Origin: Candidatus Pelagibacter sp.
GTDB lineage: Bacteria; Pseudomonadota; Alphaproteobacteria; Pelagibacterales; Pelagibacteraceae
NCBI RefSeq assembly: GCF_965262185.1
Contig: NZ_OZ253498.1
Coordinates: 939,820 to 1,003,819, forward strand
Length of the DNA stretch: 64,000 nt
Direction: 5' to 3'
A program made the position numbers and the translations under genes. Positions 52,421 through 61,396 of this stretch are shown piece by piece. The first letter of the stretch is position 1. The number at the start of each line of letters is the position of its first letter. Below the pieces are notes generated by a model, which did not search any database, was not told where the DNA came from, and saw only the letters and a list, made by a program, of their open reading frames with translations.

Positions 52421-53395
52421 TTAAATTTGAATATTAATCAAAGACTCAGGCAATTCTTCACCAAAACATCTTTGATAATATTCCGCGATTGTATTTTTCT
52501 CAATATCATCGCACTTATTTAAAAAGGTTACTCTAAAAGCATATCCAGTATCTTTAAAAATTTCAGAATTTTCAGCCCAATGAAGAACTGTTCTTGGACT
52601 CATTACAGTAGATATATCTCCAGCAATAAAACCTTTTCTGGTTAAGGATGCTACTTTAATCATATTAGCAACTTTTTCTTTTTCCTTAGCATTATTTAAA
52701 TTTTTATTCTTTGATAAAACTATATCCATTTCTCTATCTAGGCTTAGATAGTTTAATGTTGTTACAATATTCCATCTATCCATCTGCCCTTGGTTAATCT
52801 GCTGTGTTCCGTGATAAAGTCCAGTAGTATCACCAAGCCCAACTGTATTAGATGTAGCAAATAACCTGAAATACTTATTTTGACTAATTACTTTGTTTTT
52901 ATCTAGTAGCGTGAAATTTCCTTCAGCCTCCAACACTCTTTGAATAACGAACATAACATCAGGTCTTCCAGCGTCATACTCATCAAATACTAAAGCAACT
53001 GGATTTTGAATTGACCATGGCAGAATACCCTCATTAAACTGCGTTACTTGTTTTCCATCTTTAAGGACAATTGCATCCTTACCTATTAAATCTATTCGAC
53101 TAACATGACTGTCTAAATTTACTCGAATACACGGCCAGTTTAGTCTTGCAGCTATTTGCTCTATGTGTGTTGATTTTCCAGTACCATGATATCCTTGTAC
53201 TAATACTCTTTTATTGAACGCAAATCCTGAAATGATTGCAAGTGTAGTATCTCTATCAAATTTATAGTTTTTATCTATTTCAGGCACATATTCATTTTTT
53301 TTTGAAAATGCATCTACTTCCATTTCAGAATCTATTCCAAAAGATTGTTTTAAAGAAACTTTTATGTCAGGTTGAATGTTAAGATTTGGAGTCAA
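52421..53395 (-). CDS. cobS: CobS-like AAA+ (MoxR-class) ATPase
   Basis: 324 aa with Walker [16 protein letters not shown] and Walker [14 protein letters not shown]. The stop abuts the cobT start with zero gap. Confidence 0.85.
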   Translation of the reverse strand: MTPNLNIQPDIKVSLKQSFGIDSEMEVDAFSKKNEYVPEIDKNYKFDRDTTLAIISGFAFNKRVLVQGYHGTGKSTHIEQIAARLNWPCIRVNLDSHVSRIDLIGKDAIVLKDGKQVTQFNEGILPWSIQNPVALVFDEYDAGRPDVMFVIQRVLEAEGNFTLLDKNKVISQNKYFRLFATSNTVGLGDTTGLYHGTQQINQGQMDRWNIVTTLNYLSLDREMDIVLSKNKNLNNAKEKEKVANMIKVASLTRKGFIAGDISTVMSPRTVLHWAENSEIFKDTGYAFRVTFLNKCDDIEKNTIAEYYQRCFGEELPESLINIQI

Positions 53396-53912
53396 TTTTT
53401 TCCCTATAAGTGTTTTTTAGCTGTGTGTAAGCTAAAGTGATCAGTTTTAATTTTTCCTCGTATTTTTTATTTCCAGCATTCATATCAGGGTGAAATTTTT
53501 TAACAAGCACTTTGAATTTTTCTTGTATTTTTTGCCATTTTAAACCCACAGATATTCCCAATATTCCAAATGCTTTAATATCTTTATGATCGAATTTAAA
53601 TTGACGCATATGATTATAGTCTCCATTGAATTTATCTTTATCAAATTCATCTTTTAATGTTGTGTTCCATAGGACTTTAAAAAAATTATCTGAAGAACTA
53701 AAATTTTGAGTAGGTTTGTGCCAAGTCATATCTGACTTTAAAAAATTGATTACTTGGTTATCACTCATCCCAGAAAAATAATTCCAGTTTTTGTTAAATT
53801 CTTTAACATGTTCTAGACAAAGCATTCGATATTTCCTGCTATTATCCTTTTCTATCGGTGCCCTGTATTCACCGATTTCATTACAATTATTCCAGTCACA
53901 AATATTTTTCAT
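53379..53912 (-). CDS. J-domain protein with N-terminal Cys/His-rich region
   Basis: Start set at [16 protein letters not shown]...[11 protein letters not shown]-terminal J-domain ([34 protein letters not shown] motif). Overlaps the cobS start by 17 nt. Confidence 0.75.
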   Translation of the reverse strand: MKNICDWNNCNEIGEYRAPIEKDNSRKYRMLCLEHVKEFNKNWNYFSGMSDNQVINFLKSDMTWHKPTQNFSSSDNFFKVLWNTTLKDEFDKDKFNGDYNHMRQFKFDHKDIKAFGILGISVGLKWQKIQEKFKVLVKKFHPDMNAGNKKYEEKLKLITLAYTQLKNTYREKIDSKS

Positions 53913-53929
53913 GATATAATAATTACTAT

Positions 53930-54190
53930 ATGGATATAAATGAATTAATTGCAATTATAAAAAAAAAATTATCAGATCAAATAAATATTCAAAGTATAGA
54001 TATAGAAGATAAATCTTTTCTTCATAAAAATCACAAAGGTAATCAAGAAGGCAAATATCATTTAAGATTAAGTATAGTTTCTGATGAGTTAAAAAATATG
54101 AACAGAATTGAAAGTAATAAAAAAATTTATAAAGTATTAGATAAAGAATTGAAAGAAACTATTCACTCAATTCAAATTCAACTATCTTAA
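53930..54190 (+). CDS. bolA: BolA family protein
   Basis: 86 aa with DKSFLHKNHKG...YHLRLSIVSDELKNMNRIESNKKIYKVL...IHSIQIQ (BolA fold signature). Confidence 0.8.
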   Translation: MDINELIAIIKKKLSDQINIQSIDIEDKSFLHKNHKGNQEGKYHLRLSIVSDELKNMNRIESNKKIYKVLDKELKETIHSIQIQLS

Positions 54191-55285
54191 GTAATCATCA
54201 AAAAATTTTTTCAATCTTTCTTTTGAATATTCAATATTAATTTGTGGAGATCCAATTTTTTTTAAAAGTACTAAATTAATTTTTTGCGATTTATTTTTTT
54301 TATCCTTTGTCATGAAAAATAATATTTTATTTATATCTTTTTTTTTAAAAAATTTATTAACAGATATTGCTAGATTTAAATTATTGATATGATTTAATAT
54401 TAGGTTGTAATCACTTTTTTTTAGTATTTTTAAATTTAAACTAAAACTTAATGCTGTCTTTATGCCTAGGATTACTGCTTCACCGTGATTTAATTTCTTA
54501 TTGTAATTTAAGCTTGCTTCATAAGCATGGCCAAATGTATGCCCAAAATTTAAAACTTTTCTTAAATTTTTTTCTTTCTCGTCTTTTTCAACCACACTTT
54601 TTTTAATTTTACAGCTTTCATAAATAGCTTTTTCAATAAATGGAGAGCTCAGTTTAATAATTTTATTCACATTCTTATTTAAAAATTTGAAGAAATTTTT
54701 ATCTCTTATTAGAGAATGTTTTAAAATTTCACCATATCCACAAACAATCTCTCTTTTTGGCATCGATTTAAGAAAATCAACGTCTGATATAACCAAGTTT
54801 GGTTGATAAAAACTACCAATTAGGTTTTTTCCATAATTTGAATTTATGCCAGTTTTACCACCAATCGAAGAGTCAACTTGGGATAAAAGTGTTGTTGGTA
54901 TATTTATAAATTTCATACCTCTTTTAAAGATACTAGATGCAAAACCACTTACATCACCTGTAATACCCCCACCTATTGATATTAAACAGTCATCTCTAGA
55001 AAAGTTTTTATTTAATAAAATTTCTAGGATCTTATTAATAATATTAAAGTTTTTATTGGCCTCACTGGCAATAAAAAAACATATATGTATTTTCTTTTTA
55101 TTGAATGAATTTTTTATTTTAGTGATAAATTTTTTTGGTACATTTTTATCAACTACAAGAAGACATTGATTGAATGTTAAGGAATTATTCTTAATTATTT
55201 TTGACAGGTTAGTAACTAAATTTGATCCAATTATTATTGGATATTTTTGTGTTTTTGTTTCAATTTTTAATTTAATTGGTTTCAT
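54182..55285 (-). CDS. aroB: 3-dehydroquinate synthase
   Basis: 367 aa with IGGGITGDVSGFASS, PTTLLSQVDSSIGGKTGIN and NFGHTFGHAYE. Confidence 0.92.
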   Translation of the reverse strand: MKPIKLKIETKTQKYPIIIGSNLVTNLSKIIKNNSLTFNQCLLVVDKNVPKKFITKIKNSFNKKKIHICFFIASEANKNFNIINKILEILLNKNFSRDDCLISIGGGITGDVSGFASSIFKRGMKFINIPTTLLSQVDSSIGGKTGINSNYGKNLIGSFYQPNLVISDVDFLKSMPKREIVCGYGEILKHSLIRDKNFFKFLNKNVNKIIKLSSPFIEKAIYESCKIKKSVVEKDEKEKNLRKVLNFGHTFGHAYEASLNYNKKLNHGEAVILGIKTALSFSLNLKILKKSDYNLILNHINNLNLAISVNKFFKKKDINKILFFMTKDKKNKSQKINLVLLKKIGSPQINIEYSKERLKKFFDDYLR

Positions 55286-55784
55286 AAATTTCTTTAATTT
55301 TGCTTACTATTTCATTTTTTGTAAGATTATCACATTTGATTTCATATAAGGCTTTAGAATAAATGTTAGTTCGTTTTTTAATTAAATCAATTAAATCATT
55401 ATCTGTAGCATTAATTGTTAGAGGTCTTTTTTTGCTATTTTTAATTCTTTCAACTAAAATTTTTTCATTCCAATTTAACCAAAATGAATAATGATTTTTT
55501 AAAACTTCATTTCTAATATTTTTATTTGCAAAAGCACCTCCCCCAAGAGAAACAACTGTAGAACTAAGTTTTAATTTTTTAAGTGTAGTTTGTTCCTCAA
55601 TTTTTCTAAAATATTCTTCTCCTTTTGTTTCGAATATTTTTCGAATTGTCGTATTTAAATTTTTCTCTATTTCTTTATCTACATCTACAAAATTTAATTT
55701 AAATTTTTTTGCTACTAAAGAGCCAATAGAACTCTTACCAGATCCCATCATACCTAGAAAAACCAGATTTTTTTTTGATTTCAT
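55272..55784 (-). CDS. aroK: shikimate kinase
   Basis: Start set at MKSKKNLVFLGMMGSGKSSIG (Walker A). Has SLGGGAF and overlaps aroB by 14 nt. Confidence 0.9.
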   Translation of the reverse strand: MKSKKNLVFLGMMGSGKSSIGSLVAKKFKLNFVDVDKEIEKNLNTTIRKIFETKGEEYFRKIEEQTTLKKLKLSSTVVSLGGGAFANKNIRNEVLKNHYSFWLNWNEKILVERIKNSKKRPLTINATDNDLIDLIKKRTNIYSKALYEIKCDNLTKNEIVSKIKEIYETN

Positions 55785-55841
55785 AAGTTTAAATATTGAA
55801 AAAACACAAATATGTCTTAATTTGAAATTATCTAAAGTTAT

Positions 55842-56024
55842 ATGCATTTCAACAAAAATACAAGTTCAGGTAAAAAAAGTATAATCGGACTAGTTGTTAA
55901 ATCTATTTTTGGACTAGTAATTGTTCTTGGCGTTGTTTTAATTCTCAATTCAATTGATTTTCCTGCTCCTAAAAAGGAAATTGAAAAAATTATTCCAAAT
56001 GAAAATTTTAAAATTGTTAAATAA
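55842..56024 (+). CDS. hypothetical single-pass membrane protein (60 aa)
   Basis: ORF with one clear TM helix (IIGLVVKSIFGLVIVLGVVLIL). No homology recognised. Its 3' end overlaps the next gene by 26 nt in another frame. Confidence 0.3.
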   Translation: MHFNKNTSSGKKSIIGLVVKSIFGLVIVLGVVLILNSIDFPAPKKEIEKIIPNENFKIVK

Positions 56025-57756
56025 AAAATTCTTTTTTATTTTTTTAAGCTATCTAATTATTTTAAATCCTATTCACGCAGAAGATAATCCAATTGATATA
56101 TGGAATCTTGAAAAAAAAGAAAATGAAACTGTTGAGGAAGCAGTTATTACAGAAGGTGAAAATAATAATGATCAAATAAGTGTTTTTGATATGCAGTCAG
56201 ATAAAAATACTGGCTCGATAGAATTAGATGAAAATTTAATATCAAAAGAAGTCAAAATAGTAGGATTATACGATCCTGCAGAACACGGTTTGACTATTGA
56301 TATGTGGACGAATTCTGATGGTCAAAAGTTAAAAAATTTATTTGATAGTTTAGAGAAAATTAATCTTTCTAATGATGCATTAGAAATTATGGAAATCTCA
56401 TTATTAACTAACGCTCATTATCCTAATCAAAATATTACTGAAAATGAATTTTTAAAATTTAAATCTGATTGGTTAATTAAAAATTCTAATTTAGAACTCA
56501 TTGAAGAATTTTTGGTTAATAATCAAATTGTAAACTCTCATCCCAAACTAACCAGACATTTATTAGATAACTATTTATCAGATAAAAATATAAAGAAGAC
56601 CTGTGAATTTTTTACAAAAATTAAAGAACCAGTTGAAGATGAATATTTATCTAAATTAAATTTATATTGTTTAGTAAATTATGGAAAAAATGAAGAAGCC
56701 CAATTAATTCTAGATCTTAAAAAAGAGTTAGGTTTTCAAGATGAGTATTTTGAAAATAAAATGAATTACCTGTTTGGTTATATTGAAGAAGCATCCAAAG
56801 AAGTCTCTGAAAGTTCAGTATTTGAGTTTCATTTAGCTCATAGGACAAATCCAGATTTTTCATATGAGCCTAATGAAAATACACCTCAATTAATTTGGAA
56901 ATATCTATCAAATTCAAATTTACTACCAGATCTAAGTAATGTTGACATAAATGATCAAGACAAAATCTTAATTATTGAGAAAGCTGCTAATTATAAAATT
57001 TTCCCAGAAAAAGACTTATTTGAATATTATAAAAAATTTCAATTTAATATTGATCAATTGTTAAGTGCAACCGATACTTACAAGTTGCTGTCTCCATTAG
57101 AAGCGAGAGCATTAATTTATCAAAGAGCACTTTTGACAAGTGAACCAGAATTAAAATTGGAATTTTTACAGTTGTTGAAGCAGCTATTTGAGGACAATAA
57201 AATTGGTTTAGCTTTTGATGTAGAGCTCAATAACTTTTTGAACGAAATTGAAGTAGATAATGTTCCTTCAGATTATTTAAGTTTCTACAATAACTATTCA
57301 AAAAATCAGAATTCAGAGTTCAAAAAAATTCAATATAATAATAATATTTTACATCAATCTAAGTGGGTAAATTATTTTAGAGGAGATTATTCAAAATCTG
57401 AAATACAAGAAGATTTAAAAAAATTTCTTGATAGAATAATTTTTAGTAATGAAACTTTGTCGACTAAAGATATAATTTTTATAGAAAGTCTGAAATCAGA
57501 CGGAGTAGAAATACCAAGCGAGTATGACAGTTTATATTCACAAAAACCTTTTAAACTAGATGAAAATCTAGCGGAGTTGATAGAAGCAAATGAAGTTGGA
57601 ACAGTTTTATTATCTTTAATTGAGATAATAGGTAATGACAAAATAGAAAATATTGATGAAAAAAGACTTTATTTTATTTCTAATACACTAAATCAAATAA
57701 ATGCTGATTTAATAAGAAATAAGCTATTGCTAAAAGTTCTTCCTTTAAAAGTATAA
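55999..57756 (+). CDS. secreted/periplasmic protein of unknown function (585 aa)
   Basis: Start set at MKILKLLNKKFFFIFLSYLIILNPIHA-EDNP (a Sec signal peptide with an AxA-like site). The rest is a long ORF that looks helical-repeat-rich. No catalytic motif recognised. Confidence 0.6.
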   Translation: MKILKLLNKKFFFIFLSYLIILNPIHAEDNPIDIWNLEKKENETVEEAVITEGENNNDQISVFDMQSDKNTGSIELDENLISKEVKIVGLYDPAEHGLTIDMWTNSDGQKLKNLFDSLEKINLSNDALEIMEISLLTNAHYPNQNITENEFLKFKSDWLIKNSNLELIEEFLVNNQIVNSHPKLTRHLLDNYLSDKNIKKTCEFFTKIKEPVEDEYLSKLNLYCLVNYGKNEEAQLILDLKKELGFQDEYFENKMNYLFGYIEEASKEVSESSVFEFHLAHRTNPDFSYEPNENTPQLIWKYLSNSNLLPDLSNVDINDQDKILIIEKAANYKIFPEKDLFEYYKKFQFNIDQLLSATDTYKLLSPLEARALIYQRALLTSEPELKLEFLQLLKQLFEDNKIGLAFDVELNNFLNEIEVDNVPSDYLSFYNNYSKNQNSEFKKIQYNNNILHQSKWVNYFRGDYSKSEIQEDLKKFLDRIIFSNETLSTKDIIFIESLKSDGVEIPSEYDSLYSQKPFKLDENLAELIEANEVGTVLLSLIEIIGNDKIENIDEKRLYFISNTLNQINADLIRNKLLLKVLPLKV

Positions 57757-57780
57757 AAATTATAATAACATATAAATTTT

Positions 57781-58299
57781 ATGGCGATAAGAACGATTAT
57801 TACAGAACCAAACAAATTACTTCGACAAGTATCAAAACCTGTAGAGGCTGTTGGAAGTGAAGAGCAAAAATTAATGAATGATATGCTCGATACAATGTAT
57901 GATGCTAATGGTATTGGTCTTGCAGCAATTCAGATTGGTATACCAAAAAGAATTATAGTGATGGATATAAGTAAGGACAAAAACAAAAAAGAGCCTAGAT
58001 ACTTTGTAAATCCTGTAATAAAAAATAAAGATCCACTTAAGGCAACTTATGAAGAAGGGTGTTTGTCTGTACCAAATCAATTTGCTGAAATAGATCGACC
58101 AAGTAAATGTGAAGTAGAATATTTAGATTACAATGGAAAGAAAAAACTACTAAAAGCAGATGGATTACTTGCAACATGCATACAGCATGAAATGGATCAT
58201 TTGGAAGGGATATTGTTTATTGATTATCTCTCAAAACTAAAAAAATCAATGATCATAAAGAAACTTTCAAAATTAAAATCAAATTCAGCTGAAGTTTAA
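57781..58299 (+). CDS. def: peptide deformylase
   Basis: 172 aa with GIGLAAIQIG, EGCLSVP and QHEMDHL metal-site motifs. Confidence 0.95.
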   Translation: MAIRTIITEPNKLLRQVSKPVEAVGSEEQKLMNDMLDTMYDANGIGLAAIQIGIPKRIIVMDISKDKNKKEPRYFVNPVIKNKDPLKATYEEGCLSVPNQFAEIDRPSKCEVEYLDYNGKKKLLKADGLLATCIQHEMDHLEGILFIDYLSKLKKSMIIKKLSKLKSNSAEV

Positions 58300-58302
58300 A
58301 AA

Positions 58303-59223
58303 ATGTCAAAAAAGTTAGTTTTTATGGGTACACCCATGTTTGCTGTACCAATTTTAAAATCTTTATATCAAAATGGATATAATATTTCTTATGTTTATAC
58401 ACAGCCACCTCAAAAATCAAAAAGAGGACAAAAAATTAATAAGTCTCCAATACAAGGTATTTCTGAAACTTTAAATTTAGAATATAGAACGCCGCCAGTT
58501 ATAAATAATGAAGAGGAGTATAATTTTTTTAAATCTTTAGATGCTGATTTAGCAATAGTTGTTGCTTACGGACAAATCATACCTAAAAAATTTCTAAGCT
58601 TAACTAAAAAAGGTTTTATAAATATACATGCATCTTTACTGCCTAAATGGAGAGGTGCCGCACCAATTCAAAGGTCAATTATGAATTTAGATCAGGAGAC
58701 TGGAATAAGTATAATGAGAATTACTGAAAAATTAGATACAGGACCAGTTTGTAATAATTATAAAATCCAACTTAATGAAAATTTGAATGCGTTAGAAATT
58801 AGTGAAAAGCTTTCTAACTTAGCAGCAGAAAAAATTTTAGATAATGTAGATGATATTTTAGATGGTAAAGCAAATTTTGTTGAGCAAGATCATTCGAATG
58901 CAACCTATGCATCTAAAATTCAAAAAACTGAAGGTCAAATTAATTGGGATGAAAATGCTGAAAAAATTATTGGTAAGATAAACGGTTTATATCCATCACC
59001 TGGAGCATTTTTTATTTTTAATGGAGAAAGATATAAAATTTTAAAAGCTCAAATTGGAAGAGCTCAAGGAAATCCAGGTTCAGTATTGAGTGATAATCTT
59101 GAAATCGCTTGTGGTAATAATCAATCGATAATTATTAAGGAAATTCAGAGGCAAGGGAAAAGACCTCAAAATATTGGTGAATTTATTCAAGGTTCGCAGA
59201 TAAAAAAAGGTTCAAAGATATAA
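58303..59223 (+). CDS. fmt: methionyl-tRNA formyltransferase
   Basis: 306 aa with FMGTPMFAVPIL, INIHASLLPKWRGAAPIQRSI and a C-terminal Fmt domain. Confidence 0.95.
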   Translation: MSKKLVFMGTPMFAVPILKSLYQNGYNISYVYTQPPQKSKRGQKINKSPIQGISETLNLEYRTPPVINNEEEYNFFKSLDADLAIVVAYGQIIPKKFLSLTKKGFINIHASLLPKWRGAAPIQRSIMNLDQETGISIMRITEKLDTGPVCNNYKIQLNENLNALEISEKLSNLAAEKILDNVDDILDGKANFVEQDHSNATYASKIQKTEGQINWDENAEKIIGKINGLYPSPGAFFIFNGERYKILKAQIGRAQGNPGSVLSDNLEIACGNNQSIIIKEIQRQGKRPQNIGEFIQGSQIKKGSKI

Positions 59224-59964
59224 ATGTTCAGATATCAGCTTTTGATAGAATATTTAGGCACAAATTACAAAGGTTGGCAAATTCAAAAAAAAAATAAAAC
59301 CATTCAAGGAATACTTCAAGACAAAATTAGAAAGTTATTAAAAGAAAATATTACTATAGTTGGATCGGGTAGAACAGATGCTGGTGTTCATGCTATCGAG
59401 CAGTCCGCGCATTTTGATTTAAAAAATAAATTATTGAGTTTAGATAAATTTATTAACTCAATTAATCACTTTTTAAAAAATGAAAAAATTGCAATCCTTA
59501 AAATAAGAAAAAGGACCAGCAATTTTCACTCAAGATTTTCTGCAAAAAAGAGAGTTTATAAATATGTCATTTTAAATAGAACAAGTTCACCTGTGATTGA
59601 AAAAAACCAAGTCTGGCATGTAAGAAAAAAATTAGATTTAGATTTGATGAAATTAGGGGCAAAAAAATTAGTTGGTACAAAAGATTTTTCAACATTTAGA
59701 GCTTCAAGTTGTAATGCTAAGAGTCCAATTAGAACAATGGATTTTGTAAAATTAAAATCTTCAAATGATAAAATAGAAATTCAATTTAAATCTCAATCTT
59801 TTCTTCAACAGCAAGTAAGATCTATGGTTGGATGTTTAAAATATTTAGGTGAAAATAAATGGGATTTAAAAAAATTTGACAAAGCTCTAAAGTCTAAAAA
59901 AAGGTCACTGTGTGCTCCTCCAGCACCACCTACAGGATTATTTTTATCTAAAGTTTTTTATTAG
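59224..59964 (+). CDS. truA: tRNA pseudouridine(38-40) synthase
   Basis: 246 aa with YLGTNYKGWQIQ and the catalytic GSGRTDAGVHA. Starts directly after the fmt TAA. Confidence 0.93.
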   Translation: MFRYQLLIEYLGTNYKGWQIQKKNKTIQGILQDKIRKLLKENITIVGSGRTDAGVHAIEQSAHFDLKNKLLSLDKFINSINHFLKNEKIAILKIRKRTSNFHSRFSAKKRVYKYVILNRTSSPVIEKNQVWHVRKKLDLDLMKLGAKKLVGTKDFSTFRASSCNAKSPIRTMDFVKLKSSNDKIEIQFKSQSFLQQQVRSMVGCLKYLGENKWDLKKFDKALKSKKRSLCAPPAPPTGLFLSKVFY

Positions 59965-60435
59965 ATTTTTTTTATTACTCATGGCAAATTTTTTATTTAT
60001 TCGCCATCTAGATTCTGCCCTTACAATATACCCACAACAATTTTTTGACTTACACTTACAGGGAAATTGTTTGTAATTTTCATCATAACCAAAACCATAA
60101 TCACAGGTAAATTCCTCACCTTTTTTGATATCTCTAATTGCTTTAACCCAAATTTTTAGACCCTTACCATCATAATCACAATTATTGTCACAAGAATGAT
60201 TAATCAATCCTGCAGTATTCCATGGAAAATCTCCATCAAGGTCATATCTTTTATTGATAGTAAATAAATAGATTGGTTTACTATTGTCATATTTGTCAGA
60301 CTCTTCAGTTTGTTTTTTTGTAATTAGTTTACCAACGTAATCAATTATCTTGGTACCTTCTTTGATATCTCTAGTTGCATAAAGTCCTCTACCTTTTTTA
60401 TCGATATCAGATTTTTTAATTTTATATAATTTCAT
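59944..60435 (-). CDS. SET-domain protein-lysine N-methyltransferase
   Basis: 163 aa with GRGLYATRDIKEG, NHSCDNNC, GEEFTCDYGF and a post-SET Cys cluster PCKCKSKNCCGYI. Confidence 0.8.
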   Translation of the reverse strand: MKLYKIKKSDIDKKGRGLYATRDIKEGTKIIDYVGKLITKKQTEESDKYDNSKPIYLFTINKRYDLDGDFPWNTAGLINHSCDNNCDYDGKGLKIWVKAIRDIKKGEEFTCDYGFGYDENYKQFPCKCKSKNCCGYIVRAESRWRINKKFAMSNKKNLIKNFR

Positions 60436-60466
60436 TGAGTTTTATTTAGTTTTTTATTGGGAATTA

Positions 60467-61396
60467 TCAATTAAATTCTATTAAAGCATCAACATGTCTT
60501 TGAGTACTGTCTTGTAATGCTTTTAAGTCATATCCACCTTCTAGTATAGATACTACATTACCTCTACAAAATGATTTTGAAATTTCTAAAGTTCTTTTTG
60601 TAATTGTATAATAATCTTCAGCATTAAGTTTTAATTGTGCCAAAGGATCATCAATATGAGCATCAAAACCTGCAGAAAACAATAGAAATTCCGGTTTAAA
60701 CTCTTTTAATTTTTTTAATACTAGTTCATATGCATTTAAATATTCTCTAGCACTTGTTCCAGCTTCAAGTGGGATATTCAAAATATTATTAAATTTTCCA
60801 ATCTCTTTTTCTGAACCTGAACCTGGATAATATGGAAATTGATGAGTAGAAATATATAAAACTTTTTCATTGTTAAAAAAAATATCTTGTGTCCCATTTC
60901 CATGATGGACATCAAAATCGATTATAGCTATTTTTTTATAACTATATTTTTCAATTAAATAGTTAGCTCCAACTGCAACATTGTTGTAAATACAAAAGCC
61001 CATGGCTTTCTCTTTTTCTGCGTGATGACCTGGGGGTCTCACCGCACAAAAAGCATTTTTAAATTCTTTTTCCTCCACACCATCAATCGCTGCAATAATT
61101 GATCCAACAGCGTCCATTGTTGCTTCTTTGCTACCAGGGGAGACAACCGTATCTCCATCTAAAAAATTAAATCCATTTTGAGGGTATGATCGATCAACAT
61201 GATCAATATATTCAGAAGAATGAGTTTTTATTAGTATTGATTTTTCAAATTTTGAAGGTTTTTTCCATATTAAATTTTTGTTATCTAATTTTTTAAAGTT
61301 ATCAATAACAGCTGTAACTCTATCTATTTTTTCAGGATGTCCATCTCCTGTATTATGATTTTTGTATGTGTCAGAAGTAATTAAAGCTGTTTTCAC
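60467..61396 (-). CDS. histone deacetylase-family (class II HDAC / AcuC / acetylpolyamine amidohydrolase-like) zinc deacetylase
   Basis: 309 aa with RPPGHHAE, the zinc/charge-relay motif DFDVHHGNGTQ, FSAGFDAH and EGGYDL. Confidence 0.85.
   Translation of the reverse strand: MKTALITSDTYKNHNTGDGHPEKIDRVTAVIDNFKKLDNKNLIWKKPSKFEKSILIKTHSSEYIDHVDRSYPQNGFNFLDGDTVVSPGSKEATMDAVGSIIAAIDGVEEKEFKNAFCAVRPPGHHAEKEKAMGFCIYNNVAVGANYLIEKYSYKKIAIIDFDVHHGNGTQDIFFNNEKVLYISTHQFPYYPGSGSEKEIGKFNNILNIPLEAGTSAREYLNAYELVLKKLKEFKPEFLLFSAGFDAHIDDPLAQLKLNAEDYYTITKRTLEISKSFCRGNVVSILEGGYDLKALQDSTQRHVDALIEFN

Noticed and set aside
50621-53395. Taking cobS/cobT as evidence of cobalamin biosynthesis.
   Set aside because: There is no cobN or any other cob/cbi gene in the window. 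The pair is embedded with a J-domain protein and bolA instead. It is treated as a homology-based name only.
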